Notes: generated by a model not told the origin, from the letters alone. Numbered from the stretch's first letter, positions 51,718 to 61,976 are shown. The stretch is DNA of 64,000 bases from Candidatus Bathyarchaeia archaeon (GCA_050010755.1 JBEKKK010000003.1:32001-96000); one strand, 5' to 3'. Program-made: numbers and translations.

Positions 51718-52842
51718 TCAGGGGATAATTTCGCAACCGTTGTATTTCATGTATTCGAAATCTGCGGGTTTGACTTTGCCCATTTCAACAAGTTTTCTTA
51801 TTCTTGGCATTTCGCCACGGATTGCTTGTATCAGGTTGCGCACCGTGTTACATACGTGCGTGTACGCTTCTCGGCTCCAGCGTTTGGTCACTATTGCGTA
51901 GAGGCATCGGCCCCCACAAAGTTTGAAGGCGTCACATTCTAGGCATGGTTTGCCCATGTGAACTTTCCGCAGTCTTAGCGGATCTGCCCTACGAATGTGG
52001 CCGAGATAGTAATATTTTATTCCCCACATGGTTGGACATGGCACTATATAGCCGTCGGTTTGTATGGCGTAGTTAATCCATCCTCCTCCGCAACGCAAGA
52101 AACTGGACTTTTCGTCGAAGAGAAGCTGTTGAGCGATGCCGAGGAGTGGATAGAGCTTAAGAACCTGACCGTTTTCTTCCATGTTATCAACCCAGAATCT
52201 TGCAAGTTTTTGAACGCCAGGATTGTAGCTGATCTCACTCCAGTTTTTGAAGTCCCTTCTTTCGAAATCGTTTTTCCAGAAACCGGCGTTCAGTTGCCAA
52301 TGCACAGAAGAAAATGAGAATTCATCGTTGGCCACTAGCCACTTGGCTTGCTTGTATATGTCGGTCTGCTCCATCACTGTCATTCTGGCAATGAGTTCGC
52401 CTTCGAACCCGTTCTTCACTATCAGCTTCAGGTTGTCGATGACTTTTCTGAAAGTTCCTTTTCCCCGGTAAAAGTCAGTGAGCGCCTCATCGCCGTCTAT
52501 AGAAACGAGAATTGTGTGGAAGCGGTTGACGTATTCGGCTTCCAAGCGGTCGAGGAGCATGCCGTTGGTTTGAATCATGAAAAGTTTTGCTTGGACGTTG
52601 TCCATGATTTGTTTTATTTCCTCAGCACAGAGCAGTGGTTCTCCGCCGTAGAAGGTTAAGACACAGTCTGGGTCTTTGGTGCAGAACTTGTTCAGTGACT
52701 CGAGGTTATAGCTGATTTTTCTGGGCAGTGAATAGTCGACTTCGAAATTGGAGAAATCCTCGTCTACGTCCTCGCAGGCTTCGCCATAGCAGTATCTGCA
52801 CTCCAAGTTGCATTCAGTGGTAAGTATCACGTGAAAGAACAT
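51718..52842 (-). CDS. radical SAM/SPASM protein (AF0577/TIGR04084-like)
   Basis: LTTECNLECRYC, FYGGEPLL, QTNG, VSIDG, HWQL, CGGG...DG.IVPCP, CxxCxxxxxCGGRC. Confidence 0.85.
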   Translation of the reverse strand: MFFHVILTTECNLECRYCYGEACEDVDEDFSNFEVDYSLPRKISYNLESLNKFCTKDPDCVLTFYGGEPLLCAEEIKQIMDNVQAKLFMIQTNGMLLDRLEAEYVNRFHTILVSIDGDEALTDFYRGKGTFRKVIDNLKLIVKNGFEGELIARMTVMEQTDIYKQAKWLVANDEFSFSSVHWQLNAGFWKNDFERRDFKNWSEISYNPGVQKLARFWVDNMEENGQVLKLYPLLGIAQQLLFDEKSSFLRCGGGWINYAIQTDGYIVPCPTMWGIKYYYLGHIRRADPLRLRKVHMGKPCLECDAFKLCGGRCLYAIVTKRWSREAYTHVCNTVRNLIQAIRGEMPRIRKLVEMGKVKPADFEYMKYNGCEIIP

Positions 52843-52874
52843 GTCCTTCGAGGCAAGAGGATGGACAGCCGCTC

Positions 52875-54152
52875 TTAAGCGTATTTCTCTTTCACTTTCT
52901 TCGCTTTTTCAAGATAGGTTTTCAGTTCCATTTCTTTGATCCTTTTTTCTGAAAGAGTTTCAGGAGCGTAGATGAGCGGCAGCATTGCCAAGAACAGGAA
53001 GAAGCTCGCTAATGAAAATGCGGCTGAGGTTTGAAAATTTGCTCCTATGAAGGGTTTCACTAGAGCGGAGAGAAAACTTGCTAGTAGGTAGGGAAGACCT
53101 CCCAGAAGATAGTATCTCTCCTTTTGATTGTCCTGTGCAAGATCTCCCCACATGGTCATGAAAAAAACTGCGGCGAACATTCCCCAGGCAACTCCATCAA
53201 ACAACGTGTATACGTACAACGTGGCTTGTGTTGTTGAGAAAAGGCTGAGAAAAGCGTACTCGAGACCTAGCAAGATGAATCCCATTATTGCGACGCGTTT
53301 TCTGCCCACTGTGTCCGCTAGAAAGCCCCCGACTAGGGCGAAAGCACCGGATATGGCGACTTCAACGATTGAAGAAAGGTTCGCTGCGTTGCCGAAGGAT
53401 TTCTGGAGAATTGGGGCTTCTGCGAAGTTCACGAGTGAGAACAGAACCCAGGGCAACAGGTATAGTATCATGTCTCTGCGTTCCAGGATGGATTTGTACG
53501 ACTGGGTGTGTGGAGTTGAGTCGGTCTGAAGTTCTTTTCTTGAAGCTAGATAGAACGCCATGAACCCGAAGAGTCTCCATATGGCGAGTACTCCTAGTGA
53601 CTGTGCGTTAGTTAGATTGCTAGTTAATGCGAGAAGGGCCAGGACGAAGAGCCCGATTGTGCCCCAGGTGAAGCCGCCGTAAGTCCCGCGGTTTTCGACA
53701 CTCGTCGCATCTCCAAAGTACGCAAGACACGAGGGAAGGCCGACACCAGTTGAAATCCCAAAAACAAGCGAAACCGAAAGATCTATGGAAAAGTTGCTGC
53801 CAAGCGAGACTGACAGAAGGGCTGTCATGGCTACTCCGAATAGCATCCATAAAGACAGCCACTTTACTCTTGAACGCCGGAATACCATGGTTCCCACAAA
53901 CGCTGCGACCGCGATTCCGGCATAGTAAGCTCCAAGAACCAGAAGGTACTCGTTTTGCGCTAACGGAAGAGACTTCGTGAGAAAGTAATTGGTCAGCACG
54001 TACCATACGATACTACTGGAAACTAGAAAGAGGGCAGGCGCAAACTTTCGTAAAGGTATCCTCTTCTCGAAGACCCTCGAATGGAGCATTTGCGTCGCGA
54101 CCCTTAAGAAATCAGTTGATCTCCGTACATAAAACGTTTCTTTACTCTGCAA
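52875..54152 (-). CDS. MFS transporter
   Basis: About 12 TM; GFLADTVGRKR motif A; APETL. Confidence 0.85.
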   Translation of the reverse strand: MQSKETFYVRRSTDFLRVATQMLHSRVFEKRIPLRKFAPALFLVSSSIVWYVLTNYFLTKSLPLAQNEYLLVLGAYYAGIAVAAFVGTMVFRRSRVKWLSLWMLFGVAMTALLSVSLGSNFSIDLSVSLVFGISTGVGLPSCLAYFGDATSVENRGTYGGFTWGTIGLFVLALLALTSNLTNAQSLGVLAIWRLFGFMAFYLASRKELQTDSTPHTQSYKSILERRDMILYLLPWVLFSLVNFAEAPILQKSFGNAANLSSIVEVAISGAFALVGGFLADTVGRKRVAIMGFILLGLEYAFLSLFSTTQATLYVYTLFDGVAWGMFAAVFFMTMWGDLAQDNQKERYYLLGGLPYLLASFLSALVKPFIGANFQTSAAFSLASFFLFLAMLPLIYAPETLSEKRIKEMELKTYLEKAKKVKEKYA

Positions 54153-54270
54153 CAGTATTTATGTTCAACAAAAACGCTTAATTAGTAGATGTGTTCTACA
54201 CATATTCTAGTGAGGGATTGAGATGAAGGCAAAACGAGAAGTTCCAGTTAGATTCTTCCCACCGTAATTT

Positions 54271-55278
54271 CTACAAATCTTCGAGAGTAGCTTTTACCAT
54301 GTTTGCAAGTAGTTTCTTTGTTTCTTGATTTCTTATTGATGAAAGTGTCCTCTGCGCTTGACCTATGAGATTCAACATGTGGTTTCTGAGGTTAGCAACG
54401 GATTTTGATTCCATCACGATGTCGAGCAACTCTTCAATTTCTTTGTTGGTGAGTTCTTTTTTGCTGAGAAGTCTCTTGACGTCCGTGCTTGAGTCTTTGT
54501 CTTGGAAAGCGTAAAGCACGGGAATGGGGTAGGCTTCGGTCTTTATCCGTTGATTGAGTTCTTCGGCCTCGAAGATATCTATGAATTCCTCCCTAAGTGT
54601 GGCAAGTGTTCCCATTATTCTTCCGTACCGTGCCAATGCCTTGCACTCTTCAGCAGTTCCTCCACTGAGGATAGCTGCAATATTCATGTCCGCCTCAATG
54701 CTCGCTGCTTTATTCTCTATGATCTTGATGTATTCATCTGGAGAAGCATCTAATCTTCGCCTGAGACCCAGCTCGGAGGCGTGGGCATTTCCAACATCGA
54801 AAAGCGAGACCCTCAGGGTGGCGAAGATTCTGTCTATTTTCTCGGAAGCCAGCTTGTTAGTAGCTTTTCCCATCAAGGTGAAACCGTATATCATGAACGC
54901 GTTTCCCAGCAGAAGTGCGACATTCTCTCCGTATTTGCCGAAGACGGTTGGATAATTGTGCTTGGTTTGCGAACCGTCAATTATGTCGTCATGGATGTCG
55001 AAGGATGCACCCAACATCGCTATGGCAACCTGGGCTTCTAAATGGTTTGCAGGATCTCCTCCGACTGCTTCGCAGGCTAGTGAGAAGATTCCGGGGTGCG
55101 TAAAATCGTTCCAATATGAGAAGTAGTGCTGCAGAGCTTGACTTAGTTCTTGATACTCGATTTTCTGAGAGAGCATGGACTTCCTTACAAACATTTGGCA
55201 ATCTTTGCTGCGTTTGATTAGATCCTCGATAATCAATTGCGATTGTTTCTGATTCTTCTTGGCGCCCATGGGATCCAA
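54271..55278 (-). CDS. trans-isoprenyl diphosphate synthase-like protein with altered motifs
   Basis: HDDIID first Asp-rich motif, ALLLGN, KAA; second motif LREEFID. Confidence 0.8.
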   Translation of the reverse strand: MDPMGAKKNQKQSQLIIEDLIKRSKDCQMFVRKSMLSQKIEYQELSQALQHYFSYWNDFTHPGIFSLACEAVGGDPANHLEAQVAIAMLGASFDIHDDIIDGSQTKHNYPTVFGKYGENVALLLGNAFMIYGFTLMGKATNKLASEKIDRIFATLRVSLFDVGNAHASELGLRRRLDASPDEYIKIIENKAASIEADMNIAAILSGGTAEECKALARYGRIMGTLATLREEFIDIFEAEELNQRIKTEAYPIPVLYAFQDKDSSTDVKRLLSKKELTNKEIEELLDIVMESKSVANLRNHMLNLIGQAQRTLSSIRNQETKKLLANMVKATLEDL

Positions 55279-55535
55279 CTTTACTGATTGTTCTATTTAA
55301 GACCTAACGGCTAAAAGGACGGGGCACGGCCTAGTTTATACTGCATTTTCTCCTGACTATCAGGTACGCCTCTCCAGGAACGTTACCAGGCGCAGAAATC
55401 ATGAATTGTTTGTTCTACCCTTTCACTTTGCTTTTGCCGATCATTAAACTCATTTTAGGCTGCTAAATAACAATCAGAGCTGATTATGCTATTTTAGCCT
55501 TGAATCTTTGGACGCGAATGTTTCCATAACTTCTG

Positions 55536-55862
55536 CTATTCAATGTCTTTTCCGCTAAGCTGTTCCTTCAAAATGTCCATGTATGTTTCAATGTATTGTT
55601 GACCCTTCCTAGTCAGCGTGTACACCTTTCTCGTTCTTCCACCCTGTCTTTGGTTTTCGCTGGTGACAAAGCTTTCACGTTCCAGCGCGTTCAGTAGCGG
55701 ATATAAGGCTCCATGTCTGAGGTTAACGCTGAACCTTTTTTCCGCTTGTTTCTTTATCATGTAACCCCACATTGGCTGCGTTTGAAGGAGTCTCAGTATT
55801 TGGATGTCAAGAAGGTTTCTGGTGATGCGTTGTACAAGTCCCTCTTTATAGACTTCTGCCAA
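55536..55862 (-). CDS. PadR-family transcriptional regulator
   Basis: ILRLL...PMWGY...GALYPLL...RKVYTLT.KG. Confidence 0.9.
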   Translation of the reverse strand: MAEVYKEGLVQRITRNLLDIQILRLLQTQPMWGYMIKKQAEKRFSVNLRHGALYPLLNALERESFVTSENQRQGGRTRKVYTLTRKGQQYIETYMDILKEQLSGKDIE

Positions 55863-56023
55863 TTAGTTCACGGTCTATTTATGTCCAATTCTGTACTGGT
55901 CCATGCTTCAGCTTATTAGATTTACGTTGAAACGGTACGATTGAATATGCCTGGTTATGCTTCTTTATGTCTGGCATAAGCATGAACCTTTATATCGTCG
56001 TCTAGGCCGTATAAAGACTCAAG

Positions 56024-56045
56024 ATATGTCATAAGAAAGACGTAT
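56024..56045. promoter_or_regulatory. candidate operator between divergent padR genes
   Basis: ATATGTC-N8-GACGTAT inverted repeat; second imperfect palindrome TTATGTCTGGCATAA at 55965-55979. Confidence 0.4.
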
Positions 56046-56105
56046 CGTATCAACGTCCAACAACAAAACTGTTGGACAAACAAACACAACAGAAGGAAAC
56101 ACAAC

Positions 56106-56519
56106 ATGAACAACACAAAAGAAGTACAAGCCAAACTGATGAAAGGCTTGTTGGACCTGATAATACTACAATTCCTGAACGGCCAGCCCATGCACGGTTA
56201 TCAGATAATCACAAAAATCCGAAAAACCTTCGGAGTCTACTTCGGCCCAAGCACCATATATCCGCTTCTTGGAACGCTGGAAAAAAAGAGATACGTGAAA
56301 AGCGAATGGGACATGAGCACCGAAAGACCGAGAAAAGTTTACAAACTGACCACAGATGGCCAGAATCTGCTGAACTTCACAGAAGACTCGCTCAATTTCA
56401 TTTGCAGAAAAATAGGCAACCCTGGAGTATCCAAAAACGACATGCCGGAAGCCACCGTTCAACACTCAGCACTGCGCCCCTTCCTGAGAAAACTCGAAGA
56501 ACCAAAACCAATGATGTAG
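56106..56519 (+). CDS. PadR-family transcriptional regulator
   Basis: KGLLDLIIL...PMHGY...PSTIYPLL...RKVYKLT.DG. Confidence 0.9.
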   Translation: MNNTKEVQAKLMKGLLDLIILQFLNGQPMHGYQIITKIRKTFGVYFGPSTIYPLLGTLEKKRYVKSEWDMSTERPRKVYKLTTDGQNLLNFTEDSLNFICRKIGNPGVSKNDMPEATVQHSALRPFLRKLEEPKPMM

Positions 56520-56690
56520 AGCCACAATTCCCCCACTTCTTTAATCGCCCCCAGATGAAGGCCCAACAAGCTCCAAGTCGTTCAAGAGGAGACCATGCAA
56601 GCTTGACAGCAATCCAATCTGGGGGCATGAGTCATCTTCTGAACATTGCATAGCAGTAATGTGACTTAGCCTAGATGATGATACATCAAA

Positions 56691-58076
56691 TTAAGTTTTC
56701 AGTCTTTCTGACACTTGATTTCTCCTGCTTGCCAACCTGCTGCTTAGCTCAACTGAGTAACGAGAGGGGTTTCTCAGTCTCTTGTACTTCTCTGGAAGCT
56801 CTGAAAGATTCTTCAACGTTGTCTTCCTTATCAGTTCAAGCGTTGGCATTTCGCAGGTTACCTGGCCATCTTTCATGACTTCTTTCAAGAGACACTCTCC
56901 CTCGATCCTTTCATTTTCCAAACCGATTACGTCTTTGGCATAACTCCCGTTCCTGTCTCGCTTCCGAAAGATCTGTTTCTTTCCTGGCAAAGTCGCTTTG
57001 CCCTTGCTCAATTTCATCGTAGGAACGAAATCCCCATCTTCAACTTTCCCCGATAATTTGTACACAACGTCCACATAGGGCCTGTCCAAGGAAGTGCCCA
57101 TACGCGTTCCAACCCCGAAAGCATCAATCTTTGCTCCTTTTTTCAGCAGCTGCTCGATAGCGTATTCATCCAGGTCTCCGCTTGCAAATATCTTCACATA
57201 ATCCAAACCGCGATCGTCCAGAATCCTTCTCACCTTCTGGCTAATGCTCAGCAGGTTCCCACTATCCAATCGAACGGCGTTCAGTTTGTAACCTTTCTTC
57301 TCCAATTCTTCGGCAACGATGGCCGCGTTTTCTGCGCCTTTCAAATCGTCGTAGGTGTCTATTAGGAAAGTGGAGCTTTCGGGAAAGGTTTTGGCGAAGG
57401 CTCTGAAGGAGTCTAGTTCTTTGTCGAAGAACATGATATAGGAGTGCGCCATGGTTCCGAACAGTGGGATGCCGTATTTCATGCCGGCCAGCACGTTTGA
57501 AGTTCCTTCGGCCCCCGCTAGGTAACTGCATCTCGCGGCTTTCATACCGGCGTCTGTTCCCTGTGTTCTTCTCAAGCCGAACTCTATGACTGGTCTGCCC
57601 TTTGCCGCATGGACAACTCGTGAAGCCTTGGTAGCGATCATGGTTTGAAGGTTCACAGTGTTCAGGATGAATGTTTCAACAAGTTGAGCCTCTATTATCG
57701 GCGCGGTCACCCTGATTAAGGGCTCTTCAGGGAAAACTAGTGTTCCTTCGGGAACCGACCACACTTCCCCAGTGAACTTGAAACCTTTTAGGTACTCCAG
57801 GAATGGCTCGTTTAGCTTCTTTCCTTTCAGGTAGTTGATGTGTTCCTCGCTGAATTTCATGTTTTCGAGGAAAAGCAATACTTGTTCTAACCCAGCGAAG
57901 ACAAAGTAGGATCTGTTCGGCGGCAACTTTCTTATGAAAAGATCGAACGTTGCAGTTTCATTTCTTCCGTTTTCAAAATAGCTGGCACACATTGTCAGCT
58001 CGTAAAAATCAGTTAAAAGGCTCATGTTTGCCTTGTCGACAAAGTCAAACTGCGGTTTTTTCATCCGACGAACCAA
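56691..58076 (-). CDS. pncB: nicotinate phosphoribosyltransferase
   Basis: LLTDFYELTM, EFGLRR, TSNV.AG, GTMAHS, IDTYD, VRLDSG, FGVGT, VYKL. Confidence 0.95.
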   Translation of the reverse strand: MVRRMKKPQFDFVDKANMSLLTDFYELTMCASYFENGRNETATFDLFIRKLPPNRSYFVFAGLEQVLLFLENMKFSEEHINYLKGKKLNEPFLEYLKGFKFTGEVWSVPEGTLVFPEEPLIRVTAPIIEAQLVETFILNTVNLQTMIATKASRVVHAAKGRPVIEFGLRRTQGTDAGMKAARCSYLAGAEGTSNVLAGMKYGIPLFGTMAHSYIMFFDKELDSFRAFAKTFPESSTFLIDTYDDLKGAENAAIVAEELEKKGYKLNAVRLDSGNLLSISQKVRRILDDRGLDYVKIFASGDLDEYAIEQLLKKGAKIDAFGVGTRMGTSLDRPYVDVVYKLSGKVEDGDFVPTMKLSKGKATLPGKKQIFRKRDRNGSYAKDVIGLENERIEGECLLKEVMKDGQVTCEMPTLELIRKTTLKNLSELPEKYKRLRNPSRYSVELSSRLASRRNQVSERLKT

Positions 58077-58183
58077 AAGACATTATGCTTTTGGTTTTAA
58101 GAATGTTTACGTTACCTTCTTGCTGTTTTGTGCTGTTGATTGTCGAAGAAATTTCAACGCACGTGCTCGGAATGAATGGGTGT

Positions 58184-58918
58184 TCAGTATTCCAGTTCTC
58201 CATTTATGAATTTCCGAGTTATTTCGCTGTGCGGATTTGTGAAGAACGCTTCGGGACCCGCAATTTCCACTATCTTGCCTTCGTAAATGTGCACGACTTC
58301 GTTTGCCAGTCGCTTTGCCTGACCTAGATTATGCGTTGCCAGTATGATTATGCCATTCTCTTTTGTTCTGTTAATAATTGACCTCTCGATTATTGTTGCA
58401 CTGTTCGGGTCCAAGTTGGCGGTGGGTTCGTCCAGAAGCAGGATTTGAGGGTTAAGCAAGAAGGCTCGCGCCAGAGAGATTCTCTGTTGTTCTCCCCCCG
58501 ACGTTTTCTTTGCTTTTCTTCTCTCGAAATTCCTTAGTCCAACATCCTGCAACGCCCGGGTTATGTCCTTTTTGATTTCTGCATCTTTTTTTCCTCTAAT
58601 CTTGAGAGCGTACGCCAAGTTGTCGTAAACTGACCTGCTGAACATAGCTGTCTTTTGGAAAACTAGTGAAGCTATCTGACGCAATTCTCTTTCGTTCATC
58701 CTCTTGCCGTTGAAAAAAACGCTGCCTTTGTCCTGTTTTTCCAACCCAGCTATGATCCTAAGCAGACTTGTTTTCCCTGCTCCGTTAATTCCCAGCAGTA
58801 CAATCGTCTTGCCCCCTACGATTTCCAAACTAATATCTTCCAAGGCTTTAACTGAGCCGTAGCTTTTTTTAATATTCTTAAGTTGGAGTTCCACTTTCAT
58901 CGCCCAGATATTCTCCAA
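58184..58918 (-). CDS. tupC: tungstate ABC transporter ATPase
   Basis: GINGAGKT, SGGEQQR, LLDEPTANLD; in operon with tupAB. Confidence 0.85.
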   Translation of the reverse strand: MENIWAMKVELQLKNIKKSYGSVKALEDISLEIVGGKTIVLLGINGAGKTSLLRIIAGLEKQDKGSVFFNGKRMNERELRQIASLVFQKTAMFSRSVYDNLAYALKIRGKKDAEIKKDITRALQDVGLRNFERRKAKKTSGGEQQRISLARAFLLNPQILLLDEPTANLDPNSATIIERSIINRTKENGIIILATHNLGQAKRLANEVVHIYEGKIVEIAGPEAFFTNPHSEITRKFINGELEY

Positions 58919-58941
58919 AAACCCAATCCTGAAAAAATGCT

Positions 58942-59784
58942 TTAAGATTTGTCCTGGTCGGGTTTTTTTCCGAATTTGCCAACGGTTAACTTCCTAGGCG
59001 TTTCTCTTTGCCTCACTCTTTCTACAAGATTAATTGCCAAGGTTATCACCACGACTATTGCCATGAGGATTATCGCGTAAGCCATCGCGACATCAAATTC
59101 CCCTAAAGTTGTTTCCAATGCAATCGAAGTTGTCAACACCCTCGTTTCCCCTAACAAATTGCCGCCCACTATCATGGCAACCCCTAGCTCTCCGAAACCT
59201 CTGTTGAAAGCGGCTGACACCGCCAGTACCATTGACCAGACGGTTTCCCTCATTATGGCCAAATCTGTTCTGAAGCCAGAGGCGCCAAGCGTTAGGGCGA
59301 GGTCTTTTACCTGGGTGTCTGCGGTTCCGAGCGCATTGGCCGTGAAGCTGACTATAATCGGTGTCACAAGGATGGATTGGCCGATAGCTATTCCATTGAG
59401 CGTGTAGAGAAGGTGGAGAGAGCCGAATTCTCCCTCGTGCGACATGAGGAGGTATAGGAGCAATCCGAGGGCAACTGTGGGAACTCCTATGAGCGAGCTG
59501 AAGATTCCTTTGACGACCCATTTTCCTCTGAATGAGTAAAGACCTAAAACGGCTGCGATTGGAATGCTCCACGTGCAAGATAGCAACGTTCCGAGGCCCG
59601 TGACATAAAACGACCTGTAGACCGTCGCGTATACCTCGTGGTCGCCGCTGAAGATCAGTTCGAGGGCTTTCCTGAACGCCTGACCTGTGATGTCTTGAAG
59701 TTGAGGGTTGAGATAAAAAAGGGGAGTTAGATTCCCGAACTGCGTCACTGGCATTGGACTCATCTGTTTGCCTCTGTCGCTCAC
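58942..59784 (-). CDS. tupB: tungstate ABC transporter permease
   Basis: PTVALGLLLY, LLYT...GQ, ELGVAMIVGGN...TRVLTTSIALET. Confidence 0.9.
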   Translation of the reverse strand: MSDRGKQMSPMPVTQFGNLTPLFYLNPQLQDITGQAFRKALELIFSGDHEVYATVYRSFYVTGLGTLLSCTWSIPIAAVLGLYSFRGKWVVKGIFSSLIGVPTVALGLLLYLLMSHEGEFGSLHLLYTLNGIAIGQSILVTPIIVSFTANALGTADTQVKDLALTLGASGFRTDLAIMRETVWSMVLAVSAAFNRGFGELGVAMIVGGNLLGETRVLTTSIALETTLGEFDVAMAYAIILMAIVVVITLAINLVERVRQRETPRKLTVGKFGKKPDQDKS

Positions 59785-59830
59785 CTAGCGCGCGCTGGCG
59801 ATATAAAGAGCGAGATGTTGCTTATTCAAT

Positions 59831-61048
59831 TCAATCCCAAGAGTAGTCGTACAGAAGGCTTGCGTCGTACCGGTAGGCCGTTGGGCATTCTGTTCCGTTG
59901 AAGTAGGCGTAGGCTTTGATCCAGCTCAACAATGTGGAGTTGGCGTTGTTAGCAACCAAGGGAAGGAACGGGGTGAAGAGCGGCGATCCGAATGTTGAAG
60001 TTCCGTAGTTGGCAATTATGTTTTCGCCGGGGCTGGACACGAGCCAGTGCTCGAACAGCATTGCAGCGTCGAAGTTCGTGTTCGTTTCGGTGGGGTACAG
60101 CGGGTTGTCCACGATTACGCTGTAGACGTTTAGCAGGTCTTTCGTGGCTTGAACCACAATTGTCATCTGGATGTTTCCGTTATGGGTGTTGGTCAGGTAG
60201 GAAGCCGTGTCTGATAGTGTGTACCCACCTAGTTCGTTGGCCACGAGCAGCGTGGCTGTCATGCCCTGTCCTGTCGACTTAAACCATGAGGTTTCTGTGG
60301 ATATCTGGGTGTAATTTATGCCTGCTTCTTTCCATAGCGCTATTTCTTTTGTGTTGGTTCCTGAGCCGTCTGCCCTTGATACCCATATGGCTTTGCCTTC
60401 TTCTCCCAATGTTTTGATTTTTTGCAGAGCGGCAACGGGTGTCGAGCCATTTACGTTCGCTGGATCGTTTTGAGGTCCCACCATGATGAAGAAGTTGGAT
60501 GCTATGATTTTGCGGTTCACGCCGTATCCGCCCGTTAAGAATGGCAGTTCTGACGATGGTGCGTGGACCATCACCATGTCTGCATCACCTCTCTCGGCCG
60601 TCGCTATGGCTGCGCCTGTTCCCTGTGAGAGGAAATTGATGGTTATCCAGGGGTATTGTGCTTGAAACGCGGTTTTGAGTGTGTCCTCTACCCCTGTCTC
60701 GTAGAGGCTCGTCGTTGACGAAACCGTTAGGGTAGTGGATGGTGGCATCTTGCCTTTCCATCCGAAGTTGCGGGCGACAAGAGCTATGTCCCTTAAGTTT
60801 ACGACTCCGTCATTGTTGATGTCGGCATCGGGGTTCCATGTCTGACTGACTGGCGTGGTTCCGAACGCCCTCGCGACGATTGCCAGGTCTTTTAGATTCA
60901 CTGTGAAGTCGATGTTGATGTCTTCTGGTATGGTGATGGCATTTCTCCAGTTGTCCGCGCGTACGATAGGTATCCCATAGTAGGCGCTTAGCAGTAAGGG
61001 CAACATGCAAACGATTAGAATCAATGGTTTCTTCAATTTACTACTCAA
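59831..61048 (-). CDS. tupA: tungstate-binding protein with N-terminal dockerin-like domain
   Basis: STTSLYETG, GTGAA...GDAD..MVHAP, SRADGSGT..KE, GQGM..TL, YTLSD; two Dx[DN]xDxxV[DN]xxD repeats after the signal peptide. Confidence 0.9.
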   Translation of the reverse strand: MSSKLKKPLILIVCMLPLLLSAYYGIPIVRADNWRNAITIPEDINIDFTVNLKDLAIVARAFGTTPVSQTWNPDADINNDGVVNLRDIALVARNFGWKGKMPPSTTLTVSSTTSLYETGVEDTLKTAFQAQYPWITINFLSQGTGAAIATAERGDADMVMVHAPSSELPFLTGGYGVNRKIIASNFFIMVGPQNDPANVNGSTPVAALQKIKTLGEEGKAIWVSRADGSGTNTKEIALWKEAGINYTQISTETSWFKSTGQGMTATLLVANELGGYTLSDTASYLTNTHNGNIQMTIVVQATKDLLNVYSVIVDNPLYPTETNTNFDAAMLFEHWLVSSPGENIIANYGTSTFGSPLFTPFLPLVANNANSTLLSWIKAYAYFNGTECPTAYRYDASLLYDYSWD

Positions 61049-61127
61049 TTTTATTCGTCTCCTTTCTCTGTTTCCATTTGAGTTTCAAATCACTTTTGGA
61101 TTTGTGCGATAGAGTTAACCGATATGC

Positions 61128-61150
61128 ATATAAAAACATTTCGAGCACGC
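61128..61150 (-). promoter_or_regulatory. TATA-containing promoter motif upstream of tupA, shared with 63256..63278
   Basis: atataaaaacatttcgagcacgc vs atataaaaacattccgagctcgc, 21/23 identical. Confidence 0.6.
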
Positions 61151-61205
61151 GCTGCTGGGTAGGACGTTTATCGCGAGAAGAATGCCGGTCATTTCCACTC
61201 GATGC

Positions 61206-61763
61206 TTACTTTGCTATCATGACTTCCGTCGCCTTTACGATGGCTTCGACCTGGTCGCCTATCTTTAGGCCCAAGTCTTCAGCTGCTTCCTTTGAAATCA
61301 ATGCTGTCACAACGGCTGGAACTGTTATCTCAACTCTGACTTTTGCCATCAAACCATTCTTGTCGATGTTGGTGACTTTTCCTTTCAACTGGTTTCTTGC
61401 GCTGATCTTCAATTTTTTCACCTCCTTAATGCTTTCTTCGCCCACGACCTCGTTTACGTAGGTTTCTAGCCGCTTGTACTCAGCCAGGAGACCCTTTCCT
61501 ACGTCTGTTAATTCAGCCCCTCCTCCTCCTGACCTTCCTCCTCTGAAGGTTTCGACGACTGGTTCACCGATCGCCTTTTCAATCTTCTGCAAGTAGTTCC
61601 AAACGTAGCGGTAGGACATTTTCAGTTTTCTGGCAGCGAGCGAAATTGACCTCTCCTTTTCTACTTGCTCCAGAATCTCTGCCCCGCCCTTGCCCACTAC
61701 GGGTCTTCCATCGTCTTCTATCCATACCTTGTACGAGAACTTGTGCTCTTTTTTGGCAGGCAT
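61206..61763 (-). CDS. modE: ModE-like regulator (wHTH + TOBE/Mop)
   Basis: GSIS-like SISLAARKLKMSYR..W, RGG..GGGAELT, KISARNQLKG, VKATEV. Confidence 0.9.
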   Translation of the reverse strand: MPAKKEHKFSYKVWIEDDGRPVVGKGGAEILEQVEKERSISLAARKLKMSYRYVWNYLQKIEKAIGEPVVETFRGGRSGGGGAELTDVGKGLLAEYKRLETYVNEVVGEESIKEVKKLKISARNQLKGKVTNIDKNGLMAKVRVEITVPAVVTALISKEAAEDLGLKIGDQVEAIVKATEVMIAK

Positions 61764-61976
61764 TCTGGTTTTGTATTACTACCCTATGTTTATAAGTCCT
61801 ACCTCGCAGTGGCCTCTAGCAAGCCAGTCGGAAGCATTCCCCTTCGAGCTTGTGTTGGGTCATTTTCACATCATTACCCAAGGTTTCGATAGACAAAGAT
61901 TTCTTGACTTAGTGTGGTAAAGAGTCATTTCTGTTGTTAGGGATGGCCGAGTCTTGATCTGTGATTATTTCTTAGT

